NCBI GenBank assembly: GCA_913020665.1
Contig: CAJVZI010000001.1
Location: 4,098 to 68,097 of the forward strand
Length of the DNA: 64,000 bases
Direction: 5' to 3'
DNA from: an uncultured bacterium
GTDB taxonomy: Bacteria; Fidelibacterota; Marinisomatia; Marinisomatales; UBA1611
Shown here: positions 9,310-20,213 of the stretch, piece after piece
Layout: each line of letters opens with the position of its first letter
Numbering within the stretch: position 1 is the first letter of the stretch
Notes under the pieces: model-generated
Databases searched by the model: none
What the model was told of the DNA's origin: nothing
The model's input: only the letters and a program-made list of their open reading frames with translations
Position numbers and translations under genes: made by a program

Positions 9310-10299
9310 TTACTTCACTCTAGATGCATTAAAGGCAACTAGATCGATCAATGATGTTTTTACTTCAGACTCTGGGTAGACATTGATTGCATTTACAGCA
9401 AGCTCTGAGAACTCATCTAGTTTCTTCTTGGCGTAGTCAATCCCTCCTGTTTCATCAACCATATCTGATATTTTCTTTATAATTGATCTATTTTTTTTCT
9501 TTGCTCGAAGGAGTTTTTTTAATTCTCGATATTCTAGGCGTGACATATTTGCCTTAGAAAAGATCAGAGGAAGAGTGACCATATTCTGTTTCACATCACC
9601 TCCACTGTTTTTACCTGTATCACTTTCACTTCCTAAGAGATCAAATAGGTCATCCTTAATTTGAAATGCCAGACCTAGGTTTTGTCCAAATGTATGGGTC
9701 GCAGCTCTATCATTATCTTTTTTTGTTGTCGTAATAGCACCAAGCTCACAACTTGTGGCAATTAACGAGGCTGTTTTTTGACCGATCATTTCAAAATAGA
9801 CTTCTTCTGTCATAGAACGTGTGATACTTTTTTCTATTTGCAGTATTTCACCAGCGCTTAGCTTTTCTGCCGTAATGGAAATTTGCTCTAAAGCATCAAA
9901 ATCTCTAAGTCCGACCATATTGATCAGGGCTTTACTTAATATAAAGTCACCCATAAGAATTGATAATTTATTTTTCCAAACCCTATTGACGGATGGTTTA
10001 CCTCTTCTTAAAGTTGCATCATCAACGACATCATCATGAATTAATGTTGCAACATGTAATAATTCCATCATGGCAGCCGCCTTATAGCTATTTAGTGTAG
10101 GCTTACCACATAGCCTCGCGGAAAGAATGGTCAAAATAGGACGAATATTCTTTCCCTTGTTTCGTATCATATACTTGGATATTGAATTAATGAGACGAAC
10201 CTCAGAATCAAGAGCATTTTCAAATTCTTTTTGAAATATCTTGATATCTTCTAAGATCGGGGCTGTGATCTGTTTTAGGGTTATGATATCCTTATGCAT
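9310..10299 (-). CDS. Polyprenyl diphosphate synthase (IspB-like)
   Basis: GK.IRP, LIHDDVVD...RRG and FQIKDDLFD aspartate-rich motifs. Confidence 0.93.
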   Translation of the reverse strand: MHKDIITLKQITAPILEDIKIFQKEFENALDSEVRLINSISKYMIRNKGKNIRPILTILSARLCGKPTLNSYKAAAMMELLHVATLIHDDVVDDATLRRGKPSVNRVWKNKLSILMGDFILSKALINMVGLRDFDALEQISITAEKLSAGEILQIEKSITRSMTEEVYFEMIGQKTASLIATSCELGAITTTKKDNDRAATHTFGQNLGLAFQIKDDLFDLLGSESDTGKNSGGDVKQNMVTLPLIFSKANMSRLEYRELKKLLRAKKKNRSIIKKISDMVDETGGIDYAKKKLDEFSELAVNAINVYPESEVKTSLIDLVAFNASRVK

Positions 10300-10338
10300 T
10301 AGGTGGTTAAAATACTGTTAGAATGAATTGTGGTTCAA

Positions 10339-11067
10339 TTAGGTTCTATTACGATTAACAAGCCAAGATACGCCAATACTCATTTCATATAACAGCGCTA
10401 AAGGGAAAGACATAATAAGCATTGAAACAGGGTCGGGAGGCGTAATAAAGGATGATAAGATCATTATTACAACGATTGAATGTTTTCTGTAGTGCCTCAT
10501 AAATGCGGGAGTCAATATACCGATCGCAGATAAGACCAAAGAAACAACTGGTAATTGAAAAATGACACCAGCTCCTAATAGTAGCCAAGTTAAAAAACTA
10601 AAATAATATTGAATCGAAAAATTATTTTCTACGTGTGGCGCACCTATACCACTAAAAAACTCAAGACTGAAAGGTATCAATACAAAATAACCAAATGAGA
10701 CACCCAATATGAAAGAAGTAAACGCAAAAAAAACAAACGGTAGAGCAAACTTTTTTTCATTGACCTTTAGACCAGGCGCTACAAATTGCCAGAATTGATA
10801 TATCAAAAATGGTAAAGCGATAATAAAACCAGAGATAAATGAAATAAACCACTTAATAAGAAACATACCTTGGACTGAAAGGACTTGAATATTTATTGGG
10901 TTATTTGTTCTACTGGTTGGAAATAATAATATATTCAGTATTTCATCTATATATCCAAAAGAGACTGCGGACCCAATGATAATTGCTGAAAGTGACTTAA
11001 CTATTCTCCATCTAAGCTCCTCTAAATGTTCAAGGAACCCCATCTCAGTTGGATTTTCATTCTTCAT
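10339..11067 (-). CDS. tatC: Twin-arginine translocase subunit TatC
   Basis: HLEELRWR, W.FVAPGL...EK, FQLP and ITPPD motifs. Confidence 0.95.
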   Translation of the reverse strand: MKNENPTEMGFLEHLEELRWRIVKSLSAIIIGSAVSFGYIDEILNILLFPTSRTNNPINIQVLSVQGMFLIKWFISFISGFIIALPFLIYQFWQFVAPGLKVNEKKFALPFVFFAFTSFILGVSFGYFVLIPFSLEFFSGIGAPHVENNFSIQYYFSFLTWLLLGAGVIFQLPVVSLVLSAIGILTPAFMRHYRKHSIVVIMILSSFITPPDPVSMLIMSFPLALLYEMSIGVSWLVNRNRT

Positions 11068-12001
11068 CTGTATTACCTAATAAGGCCTCAGCCATGATAT
11101 GCGGTGCATCTGTAATACGGTCAGATGTTTTGGTCACCTTATAAAGGAGTTCTTTTTTATCATCTGTCCAGAATGAATCTTCCAGAGTCTCCCTGACTAG
11201 AGCTGAAACTCTTTGACGGTATCTTGCCAATCTACGTTTGTCCAATTGACCCAGACCGATCATGCTATCCACATGATCAAAGATTCCTCTATAAAGTTCT
11301 TTAATACCTACTCCTTCAGTGCCCACTGTATTGAAGATAGGTGGCTCTATTTTTCCTTCTGGATTAAAACTATGTAAAACATTCTTTAACATTGATGATA
11401 GACGATCTGCCCCATCACGATCTGATTTATTAATAATGAATAGGTCAGCTATTTCTATTAAGCCTGCCTTCATCATTTGTACTTCATCACCGGATTCAGG
11501 GACCAGAACTACTATTGAAACATCTGCTGCTTTTACGATATCATGCTCGCTTTGCCCCACGCCTACAGTCTCGTAGAGCACAATATCCTTTCCACTAGCA
11601 GCTAAGACATCTCCGACATCTTGTGATTTTCTTGCCAATCCACCGAGTTCACCATGACTACCCATGCTCCGAACAAAAACCCTTTCATCCCATGCATAAT
11701 GATTCATTCGAATCCTATCTCCTAATAAGGAGCCACCAGAAAAGGGACTCGTTGGATCGACCGCTATAACCCCTACAGTTTTTTTATTTTCTAGAAAAAT
11801 GTCAATTAACGCATTTGTAATAGTACTCTTACCTGCACCTGGCGGTCCTGTAATACCAATACGTAATGATTCTACTGTAGATTTATATATATCATTTAAG
11901 AGCGGTCCTGTTTCAGCCCCGCCATTTTCGATTAGCGTAACTGCTTTTGATATCGATCCATGGTCATTTTCTAATATCCCATGGACAAGAGATCGATACA
12001 T
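11057..12001 (-). CDS. meaB: Methylmalonyl-CoA mutase-associated GTPase MeaB/ArgK
   Basis: GITGPPGAGKST, AVDPTSPFSGGSLLGDRIRM, ETVGVGQSE and NKSD motifs. Confidence 0.93.
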   Translation of the reverse strand: MYRSLVHGILENDHGSISKAVTLIENGGAETGPLLNDIYKSTVESLRIGITGPPGAGKSTITNALIDIFLENKKTVGVIAVDPTSPFSGGSLLGDRIRMNHYAWDERVFVRSMGSHGELGGLARKSQDVGDVLAASGKDIVLYETVGVGQSEHDIVKAADVSIVVLVPESGDEVQMMKAGLIEIADLFIINKSDRDGADRLSSMLKNVLHSFNPEGKIEPPIFNTVGTEGVGIKELYRGIFDHVDSMIGLGQLDKRRLARYRQRVSALVRETLEDSFWTDDKKELLYKVTKTSDRITDAPHIMAEALLGNTDEE

Positions 12002-12709
12002 TTATGAATCAAACTCCTTAATAAATTTTTTATAATCCAAAATTATAAGTTCTCTACCATTACGCTCTATAAATTTTTCTTTCTCTAGTATGCTAAGCGC
12101 TCTAGAAACGGTCTCTCTTGAAGTACCTGCCATATTTGCAATATCTTGCTGGATAGGAGTTTTGGGAATACTTACCTTTCCATTCTTGATGACACCTTGA
12201 TCATCAGCAAATCTAATAATGCACATGGTGATACGTTTTTCAGCATCACTTAACGATAGACTCGCTATCTGCCTATCACTTTTTCTTAACCGTCCAGCCA
12301 TCTCTTTCACAAGCTGAATAGCAATGGTAGGATATTCATGCAATACTTCTAAGAAATCTTCACGATTTAATGTAAGCACCTCTGTTTTTTCTAATGCAAT
12401 AACATTTGCAGAACGTGATTCACCATCCAATAATGACATTTCACCAAAAAAATCTCCTGGGTTCATAATCGTAAGAATAACCTCCCTACCATCTTTACTG
12501 AGTCTAGTGACCTTTACACTGCCCTCTACAACGAAGAAACACTTTTCACCTTCCGAATCTTCTAGAAATATATAATTACCATTCTCAAAATGACTGGACA
12601 CCATTTTGTCTGCTATATGCCCTAGTTCTTCTTTGGAAAGTTCCCAAAATAAAGACACAGATTGTAATAGATCAATCTTCTTCATATTGCGAAGATACCA
12701 CTCATACAC
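12002..12709 (-). CDS. Crp/Fnr family transcriptional regulator
   Basis: cNMP-binding FFGEMSLLDGESRSA and HTH motif QQDIANMAGTSRETVSR. True start may be ATG at 12685. Confidence 0.93.
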   Translation of the reverse strand: MYEWYLRNMKKIDLLQSVSLFWELSKEELGHIADKMVSSHFENGNYIFLEDSEGEKCFFVVEGSVKVTRLSKDGREVILTIMNPGDFFGEMSLLDGESRSANVIALEKTEVLTLNREDFLEVLHEYPTIAIQLVKEMAGRLRKSDRQIASLSLSDAEKRITMCIIRFADDQGVIKNGKVSIPKTPIQQDIANMAGTSRETVSRALSILEKEKFIERNGRELIILDYKKFIKEFDS

Positions 12710-12801
12710 ATCTTTTCAAATTTGATATATTTTCAAGGAACATATTTAATATTTCATCCATTTTCCATTAAATCAATAATGTAAACTTAATAAACACGTT
12801 A

Positions 12802-12831
12802 TTGACACTGGAATTCAAGCGGGTGTAAAAT
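12802..12831 (+). promoter_or_regulatory. Sigma70-like promoter for rpsT
   Basis: TTGACA (12802-12807), 18-nt spacer, TAAAAT (12826-12831), then AAGGA upstream of the ATG at 12863. Confidence 0.65.
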
Positions 12832-12862
12832 CCCCGGCTTCTAAATAAGGAAATATGATTCA

Positions 12863-13117
12863 ATGGATAGACATCCACAACAAATAAAACGAGAACGACA
12901 AGACAAGAAAAGACGAGCGAGAAATGTAGAAAGTCTTTCAAGGCTTCGTACGCACATAAAGAATGTACTCGCTAGCACTTCAAAAGCAGATGCAGAACAA
13001 TTATATAGAAATGCAGTACGTGTAATTGATAAAGCTGTAAGTAAGAATCTTATTCATAAGAATACAGGCGCTCGACGTAAGTCACAGATCACTCGTCACC
13101 TGAACTCTCTAAGCTAG
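12863..13117 (+). CDS. rpsT: 30S ribosomal protein S20
   Basis: 84 aa basic protein with KR.RQ..KRR.RN and IDKA..K..IHKN..AR.KS. Confidence 0.95.
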   Translation: MDRHPQQIKRERQDKKRRARNVESLSRLRTHIKNVLASTSKADAEQLYRNAVRVIDKAVSKNLIHKNTGARRKSQITRHLNSLS

Positions 13118-13127
13118 TTCAATATTA

Positions 13128-14597
13128 TTACCCATCTGATACTTGATAGTTAGGCGCTTCCTTTACGATCCTAACTTCATGAGGATGGTTTTCCTTCAGT
13201 GCAGCTGAGGTAACCTGCACCAACGTTGTGTTCATTCCAAACTCTTCTATGGTACTACAACCACAATATCCCATTGAAGACCTAATACCACCGATCATTT
13301 GATGTATCGTATTTCGAACTGGTCCCCTGTATGGCACCATGCCTTCAATTCCCTCTGGAACTAATTTAGTTTCTTCTGAACCTTCCTGAAAATACCTGTC
13401 ACCACTACCTTGCTGCATAGCTCCCATCGATCCCATTCCTCTATAAGATTTATATTGGCGACCTTCATAAAGGATCGTTTCTCCAGGACTCTCATCCATA
13501 CCAGCCAATAGACTACCTAACATGACTGAGTTTGCACCTACTGCCAGTGCTTTTGCAAGATCTCCACTATAACGAAGTCCACCATCAGCAATGACAGGAA
13601 TATTATTTTTTCTGGCAATATCCACACAATCCATTATGGCAGTTAATTGCGGTACGCCTACTCCAGCAATTACCCTTGTTGTACAACTTGCTCCTGCACC
13701 AATACCAACTTTCACACAATCAACACCTGCATCGATCATAGCCTGCGCTCCATCACCTGTCGCAACATTTCCAGCAATTAAAGCAACAGTTGGATGTGAA
13801 CTCTTGATCTTTTCAATTGACCTAAGTACACCTTTTGAATGACCATGTGCAGTATCGATCACTATAGCATCCACATCGGCACTTGCAAGCTGCGATGCTC
13901 TTTCAATAGCATCTCCTGAGACTCCAACTGCAGCACCAACCCTTAAACGACCGTTATCATCTTTACACGCGTGAGGGTAGTCTTCATTTTTTTGAATATC
14001 TTTAACGGTAATTAATCCAGTTAAGTTATGATCTTCGTCTACTACTAATAGTTTTTCAATTCTATGCTCTTGAAGAATATCCTTAGCCTTTTCAAGGGAA
14101 GTACCGACTGGAACAGATACGAGATCTTTTGATGTCATACATTCCGAAACAGAAAGCAGATCGTTAGTTTCAAAGCGAATATCTCGATTTGTTATAATAC
14201 CCACAAGGCGATCATTTTTAACGACGGGTAGTCCACTTATCTTATACTCAGACATGATCTTTTTTGCATCTTCTATGGTTGATGATTCCTCAATAGTGAT
14301 CGGGTTTAGTATCATGCCACTTTCAGAACGTTTTACTTTATCAACCATATTAGATTGATCTTCGATAGATAGGTTCTTATGGATAACACCCATGCCACCA
14401 GTCCTAGCAAGAGATATGGCCATTTCACTCTCCGTAACCGTGTCCATAGCTGCACTTAAGATAGGTATATTAAGCTCTATATCATTTGTAAGTTTTGTTT
14501 TCAAACTTACATCTTTTGGTAACACACTTGACTTTTGTGGCACTAATAAAACATCGTCAAAGGTGAACGCTTGTTTAAATGGTGGACGATTACTCAT
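13128..14597 (-). CDS. guaB: IMP dehydrogenase
   Basis: TFDDVLLVP, CBS pair, catalytic loop VGIGAGASCTTR and YRGMGS. Confidence 0.97.
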   Translation of the reverse strand: MSNRPPFKQAFTFDDVLLVPQKSSVLPKDVSLKTKLTNDIELNIPILSAAMDTVTESEMAISLARTGGMGVIHKNLSIEDQSNMVDKVKRSESGMILNPITIEESSTIEDAKKIMSEYKISGLPVVKNDRLVGIITNRDIRFETNDLLSVSECMTSKDLVSVPVGTSLEKAKDILQEHRIEKLLVVDEDHNLTGLITVKDIQKNEDYPHACKDDNGRLRVGAAVGVSGDAIERASQLASADVDAIVIDTAHGHSKGVLRSIEKIKSSHPTVALIAGNVATGDGAQAMIDAGVDCVKVGIGAGASCTTRVIAGVGVPQLTAIMDCVDIARKNNIPVIADGGLRYSGDLAKALAVGANSVMLGSLLAGMDESPGETILYEGRQYKSYRGMGSMGAMQQGSGDRYFQEGSEETKLVPEGIEGMVPYRGPVRNTIHQMIGGIRSSMGYCGCSTIEEFGMNTTLVQVTSAALKENHPHEVRIVKEAPNYQVSDG

Positions 14598-14600
14598 GGT

Positions 14601-16127
14601 CTACTCCAGAGTTAAATTTTTTAAAACTATGTTTAATATATATCCTGATAAAATTGAATCAGAAACTTTTTTTATCTCCGGCGATAAATATCTATCTCCA
14701 TCGCTGTATGAACAATTTTCATTTAGAAATTTTATGACCGGAGCAGTACCCTTTCCAGACCTTAGGTCATAAGATATATGCTTATTAGCTGCACCAGCCA
14801 CCATCAGCTCTATTGCCAGGATATTACTGAGGTTATTTTGTATACTTAGTAACTTCAGACCTGCCCAAGGAGCCATACTGACATGATCCTCTTGGCCTCC
14901 AGAGGTAGGCAATGAGTCAATACTCGCAGGATGGGCCAAAGTTTTATTCTCTGATGCAAGGGCTGTTGCAGTGACATGTGCGATCATATATCCAGATTCA
15001 ATCCCGGGGTCTGAGGCAACGAAAGGTGGTATCTTTTCTCCAACTCCTTTCATAAAAAAATGGGTCCTGCGCTCTGAAACTGCTCCAAGTTCTGAAAAAG
15101 CAATTGCAAGTATATCCATTGCCTGAGCAATATGTTCAGCGTGAAAGTGCCCTGAGCTAACAACATTTCCTGATTCCATTATTAAAGGATTATCACTAAC
15201 ACTATTGATCTCATTATTAACCATTTCAGCAGCATTCATAAATGAATCTCTACACGCCCCGTGAATATGGGGTATACAGCGAAAACTGTATGGATCCTGA
15301 ACTCTACCACAATTACTATGAGAACGTACGATATCACTGCCGTTTAACATTTTATAAACATTTTTTGCACAAGCGAGCTGTCCTTTGTGTTTCTTAATGA
15401 TATGGACCTCTGATCGAAAGACTTTGCGACTAGAAAAACTATTCTCAACTGATAAAGCTCCTGCAATGTCTGCGGTCTTTAATAGTCTTTCTCCATTCAA
15501 ACAACCTTTAATGGCTAACGCTGTAGATACTTGCGTTCCATTTATAAGACTAATACCCTCTTTTGGACCAAGTACTAGTGGCTTGACCTTGGCTTCTTTT
15601 AGTGCGATCTTCGAATCATATTTTTTCCCTTTATAAAAAACCTTTCCCTCGCCAATCAGTGCAAGAGCCATATGGCCTAATGGAGCAAGATCTCCACTAG
15701 CGCCTACAGAACCTTTTTCAGGTATTAGTGGGATAATATCCTTATTTATAAATTGAATTATCTTTTTAGCTAGAGATAGACTCACGCCACTATAACCACG
15801 TGCAAAGGTCAGTAATTTTAAAAAAAGAACTGTACGAACGATACCTAGTTCAAGTGGCTCCCCACTACCTGCTGCATGACTTCTAACTAAATTGACCTGT
15901 AACTGTTTTTGATCCCTCTCCTCAATGGCAATATGACTTAAATTGCCAAAACCTGTATTTACTCCGTAAATGGTTTCTTTTTTTTCTAAGATCGATAATA
16001 ATCTATTGTGGGATCTTTCTATATTGGTTGAGGCTTCTTTAGTGAGAGAAACGCGAACCGGTCCTTCAAAAAATGGCTCGCAATCACGGTAGGTTAATTG
16101 TTTCGTTGAAACACGTAGGGTTTCCAT
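14601..16127 (-). CDS. hutH: Histidine ammonia-lyase
   Basis: YGVNTGFG, MIO-forming GASGD, QDPYSFRC and QEDHVSM. Confidence 0.93.
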   Translation of the reverse strand: METLRVSTKQLTYRDCEPFFEGPVRVSLTKEASTNIERSHNRLLSILEKKETIYGVNTGFGNLSHIAIEERDQKQLQVNLVRSHAAGSGEPLELGIVRTVLFLKLLTFARGYSGVSLSLAKKIIQFINKDIIPLIPEKGSVGASGDLAPLGHMALALIGEGKVFYKGKKYDSKIALKEAKVKPLVLGPKEGISLINGTQVSTALAIKGCLNGERLLKTADIAGALSVENSFSSRKVFRSEVHIIKKHKGQLACAKNVYKMLNGSDIVRSHSNCGRVQDPYSFRCIPHIHGACRDSFMNAAEMVNNEINSVSDNPLIMESGNVVSSGHFHAEHIAQAMDILAIAFSELGAVSERRTHFFMKGVGEKIPPFVASDPGIESGYMIAHVTATALASENKTLAHPASIDSLPTSGGQEDHVSMAPWAGLKLLSIQNNLSNILAIELMVAGAANKHISYDLRSGKGTAPVIKFLNENCSYSDGDRYLSPEIKKVSDSILSGYILNIVLKNLTLE

Positions 16128-16176
16128 CGGGGAATTTATGAATCTATATCATTTCATTCCAAAGATAGAAAATTAA

Positions 16177-18987
16177 TTATTCTATTGAATCTATATCTGA
16201 GAATGGAACCATTTCAACAGGTACGGATCCACTGAGAATCGAACCATATCGTTTTAAAACAATACGATTATCTAGGCAAATAAATTTTCCAGCATCATAG
16301 CTCGTCCGTATCAGTCGTCCAAACCCCTGCCGAAATCTAATTGCAGTCTCAGGTAAGCTATAGTCCATAAAACTATTACCACCCATTTTATTAATATGAT
16401 CAGAATATGACCTAACCAGAGGTTCGCTTGGTACATCAAAAGGTAATTTTACCAATATAAGTATCTCTAACAGATCACCTGGCAGGTCCACGCCCTCCCA
16501 GAAGCTATTTGTTCCAAATAAGATACCATTTGGCTGTTGGTGCATACCTTTAATGATAGATGGCCTAGAAGCTCCTCTGACCTGCGCAAAAAGTGGCAGA
16601 TCTCTTCCATTAGGTTTGCTCTTTAAATACTTTGCGGTATCTGTTAAAGTTCTAATTGAAGTAAAGAGCACCATAATTCTTTTATTATGTAATTTATGCA
16701 GATTATATACTACATCTCCGATGCCTTCGGGGTCATTTGACAGCTCCCTCTTACCTGCATATTGATAGTATCTTACTTGCTCATTATATAGGAATGGGCT
16801 TAAAAATTCTTTCGTTGTAACATGTCCAACACTATCAAGACCAACCCTACGTAAAAAGTAGTTAAATGAATCATTGACCTTCAAAGTAGCAGATGTCAAT
16901 ACACAATTATCTATACATTCGAAAAATGCCCTATTCAACGTATCTGAAACATCTATCATGGATGCATACAGCGATATGACCAATTTCTCCTTTCCTTTTG
17001 TGGGAAACCGATACTCTCCCTGCATCCAATAGACCCATTCAGGGTCCTGCTCCTCTGTAAGGGTAACCAGTGATGTCATGAGACCTGTCATTGTTTCGAT
17101 ACCTCGATCCATAGCTGTATGCAGTATTGGGTAGTCTGTACGTGATGTATCCATCTCAAGGACCAGTTTTTTTAATATGGTCAATATAGATAATATCTTT
17201 TCAAGACCATTTTTCATATTTACAAGGTCATTTTGAACGCCTGCATAAGCTTTTTGTATATTGCCCAATATTGGTTGGTCCTGATAGGAGTTATGCGGTG
17301 AAAATTTGTCTTGATTATCATTACTCAATCCATCCATCATATCTTTTAAAAAGAGCTTAGAGTCACTGACTGCTTTTATTAATAGATCCCTTTGTGCACC
17401 AACCTCAGGATTTAGATCATTAATTGATTGAATTATGTTGTTCCAACGTGCGGAACGTGGAAACGAAGGGTCAACAGTTTGTAAAAGATAAGACACCTGC
17501 TGCTCACTCCACTCTAACTTAAACTGATCATAAGCAGATTTTACCAGATTATGAGCCTCATCAATGATCACGGAATTAAATTCCGGTATTAATCCTGGCT
17601 GCACGATATTTGTCATCAAGAGCGAATGATTAATAACAATAACATGAGCCTGAAATATTGCTCTTTTTAGTTTTCCATAATAACATCCGTTATATCGATT
17701 GCAAATATCGCCGTTACAAAAGCCTGAATCACTGCAAATCATTGATTTCAACCATGTTCTACGCGCATTAAAGAATCCGGAACATTCACTTAGGTCACCT
17801 GTTCTCGTCCAATACATCCAGAATAGAATAGGTATCAAAGCCTCAAGGTCGATACCATCTAATGTTTTCGAGTCTGATAAAATCCAATTAAATCTTGTTT
17901 TACAAAGATAATTTTTCCTACCCTTTAAAAGCACTGCTTTTAGGGGGACATCTAGGGCTTTGGCTAGTAATGGGAGGTCCTTATGGAACAACTGATCTTG
18001 TAGGTGCTTTGTATGACATGCGATGATAGTAGGACCTTCGTTATCTAAGTTGGGCGATTTCCTAAAAGCACCAAATAGATATGCCATTGATTTCCCCAGC
18101 CCGGTGCCAGCTTCGATCACGCCTATATTATTATCTGTATTTATGATCTCATCTATGACCTTTGCATATTTTTCCTGGGAGGGTCTATTCTCAAAATTTG
18201 GATGAGCTTCAGCTAACATACCATTCGCACCAAAAACATCCTCAGCGCATATATCTTCTATATTATGGTTCCCTTCACAGCGTAAGGTATTTGACTTAGC
18301 AACAGCTCTATCATTAAACTGGTTTATGCCAGTTTTCATATCACCTTTCCTTGTTAATTCATTACCCAGTTTGATATATAGCTGTTGATTAGGCACTTCA
18401 GATCCCTCAAGCATCGCATTTACTTTGGATATAACATCAATCGGATACTTGGATGCTTCATCTATAAGCTCCAAAAATATATGCCCTGTATTCTCTGTAT
18501 CATTCTCAGCCCGGTGTGCACCCTCAGATGATAATCCATAATACTCGGATAATGCTCCAAGGTTAAAGACTGGCTGTTCAAATAATAAACTTCTAGAGAG
18601 TTGAAGTGTATCATATTTTAGATTATTTACTTCCTTTCTACCTAAGCGTTTACACAATTGTGAAAGGAATTGCTCATCAAAATGTATATTATGCGCAACC
18701 AGTGGATCATCACCTATGAAGTCTAGGAGATCATCGATGATCATCTCTTCTGTCGGTGCAGCACGAACCATTGAGTCAGAAATACCCGTTATCTCAGTAA
18801 TCAATGGAGGAATATTTCTTTCTGGATTTAAAAGGTGTACAAAACGGTCAGCTATGACACCATCTTTAAACCTTATAGCAGCTATCTCTATGATCTTATC
18901 ACCATAGGGATCTAGACCAGTGGTCTCAAAATCAAATGCTACAAAGCAAGATAGGTCAAGTTTTTCTAAAAGCTCTATTCTTTTCAA
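16177..18987 (-). CDS. dinG: DnaQ-like 3'-5' exonuclease fused to DinG family helicase
   Basis: DEDDh motifs (DFETTG, HN..FD, HRA..D), EAGTGLGKS, Cys cluster, DEAH, FWEGVD and QG.GRLIR. Confidence 0.9.
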   Translation of the reverse strand: MKRIELLEKLDLSCFVAFDFETTGLDPYGDKIIEIAAIRFKDGVIADRFVHLLNPERNIPPLITEITGISDSMVRAAPTEEMIIDDLLDFIGDDPLVAHNIHFDEQFLSQLCKRLGRKEVNNLKYDTLQLSRSLLFEQPVFNLGALSEYYGLSSEGAHRAENDTENTGHIFLELIDEASKYPIDVISKVNAMLEGSEVPNQQLYIKLGNELTRKGDMKTGINQFNDRAVAKSNTLRCEGNHNIEDICAEDVFGANGMLAEAHPNFENRPSQEKYAKVIDEIINTDNNIGVIEAGTGLGKSMAYLFGAFRKSPNLDNEGPTIIACHTKHLQDQLFHKDLPLLAKALDVPLKAVLLKGRKNYLCKTRFNWILSDSKTLDGIDLEALIPILFWMYWTRTGDLSECSGFFNARRTWLKSMICSDSGFCNGDICNRYNGCYYGKLKRAIFQAHVIVINHSLLMTNIVQPGLIPEFNSVIIDEAHNLVKSAYDQFKLEWSEQQVSYLLQTVDPSFPRSARWNNIIQSINDLNPEVGAQRDLLIKAVSDSKLFLKDMMDGLSNDNQDKFSPHNSYQDQPILGNIQKAYAGVQNDLVNMKNGLEKILSILTILKKLVLEMDTSRTDYPILHTAMDRGIETMTGLMTSLVTLTEEQDPEWVYWMQGEYRFPTKGKEKLVISLYASMIDVSDTLNRAFFECIDNCVLTSATLKVNDSFNYFLRRVGLDSVGHVTTKEFLSPFLYNEQVRYYQYAGKRELSNDPEGIGDVVYNLHKLHNKRIMVLFTSIRTLTDTAKYLKSKPNGRDLPLFAQVRGASRPSIIKGMHQQPNGILFGTNSFWEGVDLPGDLLEILILVKLPFDVPSEPLVRSYSDHINKMGGNSFMDYSLPETAIRFRQGFGRLIRTSYDAGKFICLDNRIVLKRYGSILSGSVPVEMVPFSDIDSIE

Positions 18988-18997
18988 ATCAGGTCAT

Positions 18998-20212
18998 TTA
19001 TGAGAATAGTATTTTTAAATAGAACATGGGACTAGATAGCTCATCTTTGGGTATCTCATTAGAAAGCATACCAGAGATTATATCTTGCACCTCCTCGTTT
19101 CGCGCAGCCCGATCGATCACAAAATTCAATAAAAAACTAGAACGGGCAAGGCTCTGTAACTTCGTACTGGTCCTCAATTCACCACCCAATTCATTCCAGA
19201 CCAATTGGTCATACTCTTTGAAAGCTTTTTCTGAAACATCTCCATTATTCTTTGCCTTATGTGCTACTTGTGCAGCAAATTTTGCAGCAACCATCGCATT
19301 ACCGATCCCTTCTCCAGTAAATGGGTCAACAAGGCCTGCAGCATCTCCTAAAAGCATAAAACCATCACCATGGTTCTTCCTCTGTATTCTGCCTAAAGGC
19401 AGATTCCATCCTACCGGTTTTTCTAGAGGGTGTGCATTGCCAAAACGAGACCTAAAATAATCCGACTGCACGATCTCATCCATTATCTGCCTTAGAGTTC
19501 TATCATCTTTCTTTGCATCATTCTTACTTAATCCAATCCCAATGTTTGCTTTTCCCTCACCAGCAGGAAATAGCCAAAAGTACCCAGGCTTCACCTCATC
19601 AACATAATGAAGTTCTATTTGATCAGATAACCCCTCAACCCCCTCATAATAACAGCGGATCGCTACGGCTGTATTTTCCATATCCATTTCATACAAACCT
19701 AATTTTCTTGCTACTATGGAATTTGCTCCATCACAGCCCATAATGATCGGTGCTTCTAATATTTCTTCATGCCCTTCATTATTAGTACCTCTGACTCCTG
19801 ATATATCATTCCCTTGGTAAACTATATCGCTTACTGTAAATCCCTGACGAGTTTCAGTAACCTTATCGGCCTTTTCAAAAAGAAAGTTATCGAATATCTT
19901 TCTTGGAATAACATAACCTTTTTTTATATGGTCATTATTTTTATTTCCTTTTAAATACACATCAAATTGACTGTGAGATGGACTACCAAATGTGATCCTA
20001 TTGATCTCCGACCCTTCAAGTTGCTCGAGACCATCCAGAAGATCTAGCTCTCTCATTAGTCTTACACTTTTTCCAGATAATGCATCTCCGCATATCTTAT
20101 CTCTTGGGAATACAGCTTTATCAAGCAAAATACAATTTAATCCCAGTCTATGAGCATAGAGTGCAGCAGCAGAACCAGCGGGGCCAGCACCGACAATGAT
20201 CACATCATACAT
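18998..20212 (-). CDS. Geranylgeranyl reductase family FAD oxidoreductase
   Basis: GAGPAG, FPRDKICGD, PGYFWLFP and GDAAGLVDPFTGEGI motifs. Confidence 0.9.
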   Translation of the reverse strand: MYDVIIVGAGPAGSAAALYAHRLGLNCILLDKAVFPRDKICGDALSGKSVRLMRELDLLDGLEQLEGSEINRITFGSPSHSQFDVYLKGNKNNDHIKKGYVIPRKIFDNFLFEKADKVTETRQGFTVSDIVYQGNDISGVRGTNNEGHEEILEAPIIMGCDGANSIVARKLGLYEMDMENTAVAIRCYYEGVEGLSDQIELHYVDEVKPGYFWLFPAGEGKANIGIGLSKNDAKKDDRTLRQIMDEIVQSDYFRSRFGNAHPLEKPVGWNLPLGRIQRKNHGDGFMLLGDAAGLVDPFTGEGIGNAMVAAKFAAQVAHKAKNNGDVSEKAFKEYDQLVWNELGGELRTSTKLQSLARSSFLLNFVIDRAARNEEVQDIISGMLSNEIPKDELSSPMFYLKILFS

Positions 20213-20213
20213 A

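Noticed and set aside
12855-12887. Short out-of-frame ORF (MIQWIDIHNK) overlapping the rpsT start as a regulatory uORF
   Set aside because: RBS spacing is too short and there is no other support; likely chance.
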